Source: Phaeosaccion multiseriatum (lineage: Eukaryota; Protista; Ochrophyta, other classes). Taken from it: a stretch of DNA of 64,000 nt. The notes beneath the pieces are model-generated. The model was given only the letters and a program-made list of their open reading frames with translations, ran no database searches and was not told where the DNA came from. Each line of letters opens with the position of its first letter. The first letter of the stretch is position 1. Where the stretch lies: positions 1,984,001 through 2,048,000 of the forward strand of contig OZ218959.1 of NCBI GenBank assembly GCA_965112735.1. The letters run 5' to 3'. Below, in pieces: positions 60,670 to 64,000 of the stretch. A program made the position numbers and the translations under genes.

Positions 60670-63083
60670 ATGGAGAACGGGCTCTTCTGCACGCCGACTC
60701 CTCGCCAGAAGTCCAGCAAGTTCAGCGAGTATATTAGAAGGCATGGGCCGTATAGCAACGACACGCTCGATGAGGCCACCAATCGAAGGCTCAGGGAGGA
60801 GAGGGTCAAGAAGAGGAATGGGTGAGGAATCAACGGAGAGGACGGAGTAGGGGTAGAAGAGAGAGGAAGAGAGAGCAGGGAGAGAGATGGATAGAGAGAG
60901 AAGAAAATAAGAAGACGGAAGCTGACTTTTTGCTCTCCTGCTTGCTCACTCAGAGTATCTGTCCCGACTTGATGGCTAAACAATAACAGAGCAAAGATCG
61001 ACTACATGAGGCGACAGTTTCACCGCAAGGCGCGGGAAGTGGAGAAGATGCAGCAGGCCCTGCGGCACAGGCAGCGAAAGCTCGCCATGTTCGCACTCTA
61101 CAGCTGCTGTGCGGTGGTGGTACAGGCGGTCTGGAGGGGGTATCGAGGTGAGGAGCGGTGCCAAGGGCCCTCCCCGGCCCCCCGCCCGCCCACTCTGCAT
61201 GTCAATGTCTTGTCGTCTCGTGCTCTCTCCTCTCTTTTTTTAATTTCTTCAATCACTTGTGTGTGACGTGCTGCATGTCCCTCCGGCAGGCCGACGCCGG
61301 TGCGTGTACCTGCAAAAGGAAAGGGCAGCGCGGGTGATATGGAGCAATTGGCAGAGTCTAGTCCGCTTTCGCAAGCGACGAGTGCTGAAAAACTTTATCC
61401 GCAGAATAGTGGCCAGAACACGCATGGCAAAGGTTCGGAGGGCCGTCCTCATCCTCCAGGGCGGGGGCCGGGGCATGATTGGGCGGAGGAGAGCGAGGTT
61501 GGAGCGGCGAACCCACTCCGCTGTTGAGACAGTGATAGAGGACTTGTTTGTCGATGAGGCAGAACGAGCGTACTACCACCACTGCGCAGGGCTCATCCAG
61601 AAGCGCACCCGGGAGGTGTTGAAGCGGGTGAGCGAGCCACAAGGAAGAAAGGCATGGAGCCCTCTCCCGGGGAGGCGGGGGGGGGGTGCTGCTGGTCAGG
61701 AGGGGAGGGAGGGAGGGAGGGAGGGAGGGAGGGAGGGAGAAGGGGAGACACCGAAGCTAGGGGTTTGAGAGCCAGTGATATTGCGCCGGTTGAGTGTGGT
61801 GCACTTGCATTGTGAATTGTGCCATGCCCTGCCCTGCCCTGCCCTGCACCACCACACGCTGACAAAGGACAAACCCTAAACGACGTGACGTTCATCGCCC
61901 ATCGCAGAGAAAGAGAGAGAAGCTCAATAATCGAAAGAAGAAGAGGGGCAAGCGGGCGGCAGAGCTTGCTTTCGTAACGCAGCAAGGTTAGTGCAATCCC
62001 TCCCTCAGCGACAGAAAGGCGGCGAAGGAGAGATGGAGACATGCCGACAACCCTGCCACTTTCTCGGTCACGCCCCCCCCCCCCCCCCCCTTTCTCTCTC
62101 CCTCTCTCGCTCTCTCTCCTTTGTCCCCTCTGACAGTTCGATCAAGCGGCCCCCCTTCGAGCTTGTACTAAATCCAATCCCTCGCACTGCTATTCAACCC
62201 CCCGCCTCCAATTTCAGGTGCTCACACTGATCCCGGAGGCCCTTCTCGCGGCCACAGTCCCGACGGCGGAACCAAGCACAGCGGCAACTCGAGCGGTAAG
62301 GACCTCGGCAGAAGCTTCCCTGGATCGCACAAGGGAAACTCCCCGCTCGGCTCGGGCTCCACCGGCGGCGGTGGCGGTAGCGGACATGCCCCGCACCACG
62401 GAGGTCCGAACCCGGCCTCCTCCTCCTCCTCTTCCTCCTCCGCCGCCTCGCACAGCAGGACACGGAGAAGATCCTCGGGTGCTGCCTCCTCCGTTCATCA
62501 GGTCAATCACGTCAGTGGTGAAGTCTCTGCCAAGCCCGCCGCGATAGAGCATCATCATCACCATCATTATCAGCAGCAGCAGCAGCAGCAGGAGCAGCAG
62601 CAGGAGCAGCAGCATCAGCATCAGCAGCAGCAGCAGCAGCCGAGGAGACCGTCGATGGACAAGAAGTCCACAAGCAAATCAGGGCAAGGAGCAGGCCTGT
62701 CTCGGGGGAGACAAGTAGAGCATCTCGCTTCAGCAGCAGGGGGTGGTAGTCATGTTAGTGATGGTGGTGGTAGTCATGTTAGTGATGGTGGTGGTGGTGG
62801 CATTGGTGGTGGTGGTGATGGTGATGGTGGTGGTGGTGGAGCCCCTGAAAGAGTCGCGGCTCGCCCACTATCAGCAGTTGCGGGGCGGGCGACGGTTGCA
62901 GATACAGGAGGGGGCGGAGCACCAACATGTGTAGCACCAACAGGCGTAGCACCAACAGGCATAGCAGCGACAGCAGTGTTGCCAATGAGAACGCCGCCAG
63001 CAGGAGGAGGAGCGGCGGCGGCGTTTGCGCTAGATATGGAGGACAGCGCCCTCCAAATGTTCCCGGGCGAGGAAGACGACTGA
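60670..63083 (+). CDS. IQ calmodulin-binding-motif protein with a low-complexity C-terminus (about 5 exons)
   Basis: IQ-like AVVVQAVWRGYRG|RRR, AVLILQGGGRGMIGRRR, AGLIQKRTR; in-frame GT-AG splicing through 62218-63083. Confidence 0.65.
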
Positions 63084-63511
63084 GCTGAGAGGAGCCCCAG
63101 GAAAGTGACATATACACGCACACACACACATGCACACACACATATACTGTAGTACACACATACACACGCACATATACAAGCAGACACACACATGCACACA
63201 CGCATATACTGTAGTACACACATACACACGCACGCTTGTACAGCAGCCATACGCCCCCCCGCCCCTCTTCCATGTCCGTAACGCGGATCCCTCCTGCCTC
63301 CATAGACTGTACACACTTGGAGTTTATATACTTTTGAATGGAAGTCTCGTTGCCTTTGTTCTCCGGGGCCGTTCGCCAGCTTTGCGGTGGATATGAGTGA
63401 GAATGTCCTGCACTTTTAACACGCCCTCTACATTAGTATGTCTTAATTGAAGCGAAAGACAATGCAAGTCATCTCCCTCCCTCCGTCCCTCCCTCCTTCC
63501 TTCCTTCCCTC

Positions 63512-64000
63512 CTACGAGGCCTGCAAAGTGGCCACCGCCGTCCGTAGCTTGCTGGCCGCAGATGCCACTGCCGGGTCCGTGTCGTCCATCCCCTTGAGCG
63601 CCAGAGCCATGAGGTCTTCTTTGTGAGGCATGAGAGCGAGATAAAGCTCTCCTCCTCCTCCTGCTGCCGCTGGCCCTCCCTCGTCCCCACCATGGCGTCT
63701 ATCTCCTCTCCTCGCCACCGCTAGAGCTGCCCCCATTGCCGCAGCTCGGACCTTGGAGTACTTCCCGTCTTTACTCCCTTCTAGCGCGGCGGCCAACACC
63801 CGATCCAGCACTCCGGCCGAAGAGGAGAGGAGCTCGCTCTCGCAGGAGTGGGTAGCCAGCACCTCAAGACACCCAAGCAGCTTCACCTTGACGCTCCACA
63901 CCTTGTGCTTGGTGGCACTCATGAGCGCCTTGGACAGCGGCGCGGCATTCTCCTTGTGAATATCCAGCACCGCCTGTATCGCCAACTGCCGCCGCTGCTG
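63512..64000 (-). CDS. C-terminal exon of a HEAT/ARM-repeat protein, possibly proteasome adaptor ECM29
   Basis: Helical HEAT-like pattern KVWSVKVKLLGCL...ALEGSKDGKYSKVRAAAM...GMDDTDPAVASAASKL; open to the window edge. Confidence 0.55.
   Translation of the reverse strand, partial: QQRRQLAIQAVLDIHKENAAPLSKALMSATKHKVWSVKVKLLGCLEVLATHSCESELLSSSAGVLDRVLAAALEGSKDGKYSKVRAAAMGAALAVARRGDRRHGGDEGGPAAAGGGGELYLALMPHKEDLMALALKGMDDTDPAVASAASKLRTAVATLQAS

Overview
Eukaryotic nuclear DNA, GC-rich and gene-dense, with short GT-AG introns stuffed with microsatellites. A nucleus-encoded psbU and several proteins with bipartite signal peptide + 'AF' (ASAFAP-type) plastid presequences point to a photosynthetic stramenopile (ochrophyte alga); the species cannot be fixed from sequence alone. 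About 20 mostly housekeeping genes are present: TM-RING E3, mitochondrial ClpP, alpha/beta hydrolase, MTFP1, AIFM2/FSP1-like oxidoreductase, DUF1350, CTDSPL2-like phosphatase, a giant multi-PDZ protein, psbU, SFSWAP, RNASEH2A, a DEK-C/SWIB protein, a PPR protein, an IQ-motif protein and a HEAT-repeat 3' end. There are also two pseudogenes (WRKY19-like CCCH-repeat; ankyrin) and an accessory island at ~53.2-57.4 kb with a decayed CRE-type non-LTR retrotransposon and two tandem F-box-like/ankyrin-like genes of a type common in giant viruses. The most striking unexplained signal is a dispersed 15-nt unit, GTTGGTGATACAGCA. I counted 10 perfect copies of its 11-nt core plus many 1-mismatch copies. 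They occur in both orientations in exons, introns and UTRs, mostly inside CAG/CTG tracts and sometimes as 15-nt-period tandems, and are translated in different reading frames in unrelated genes. Exon boundaries were read by eye and are approximate.
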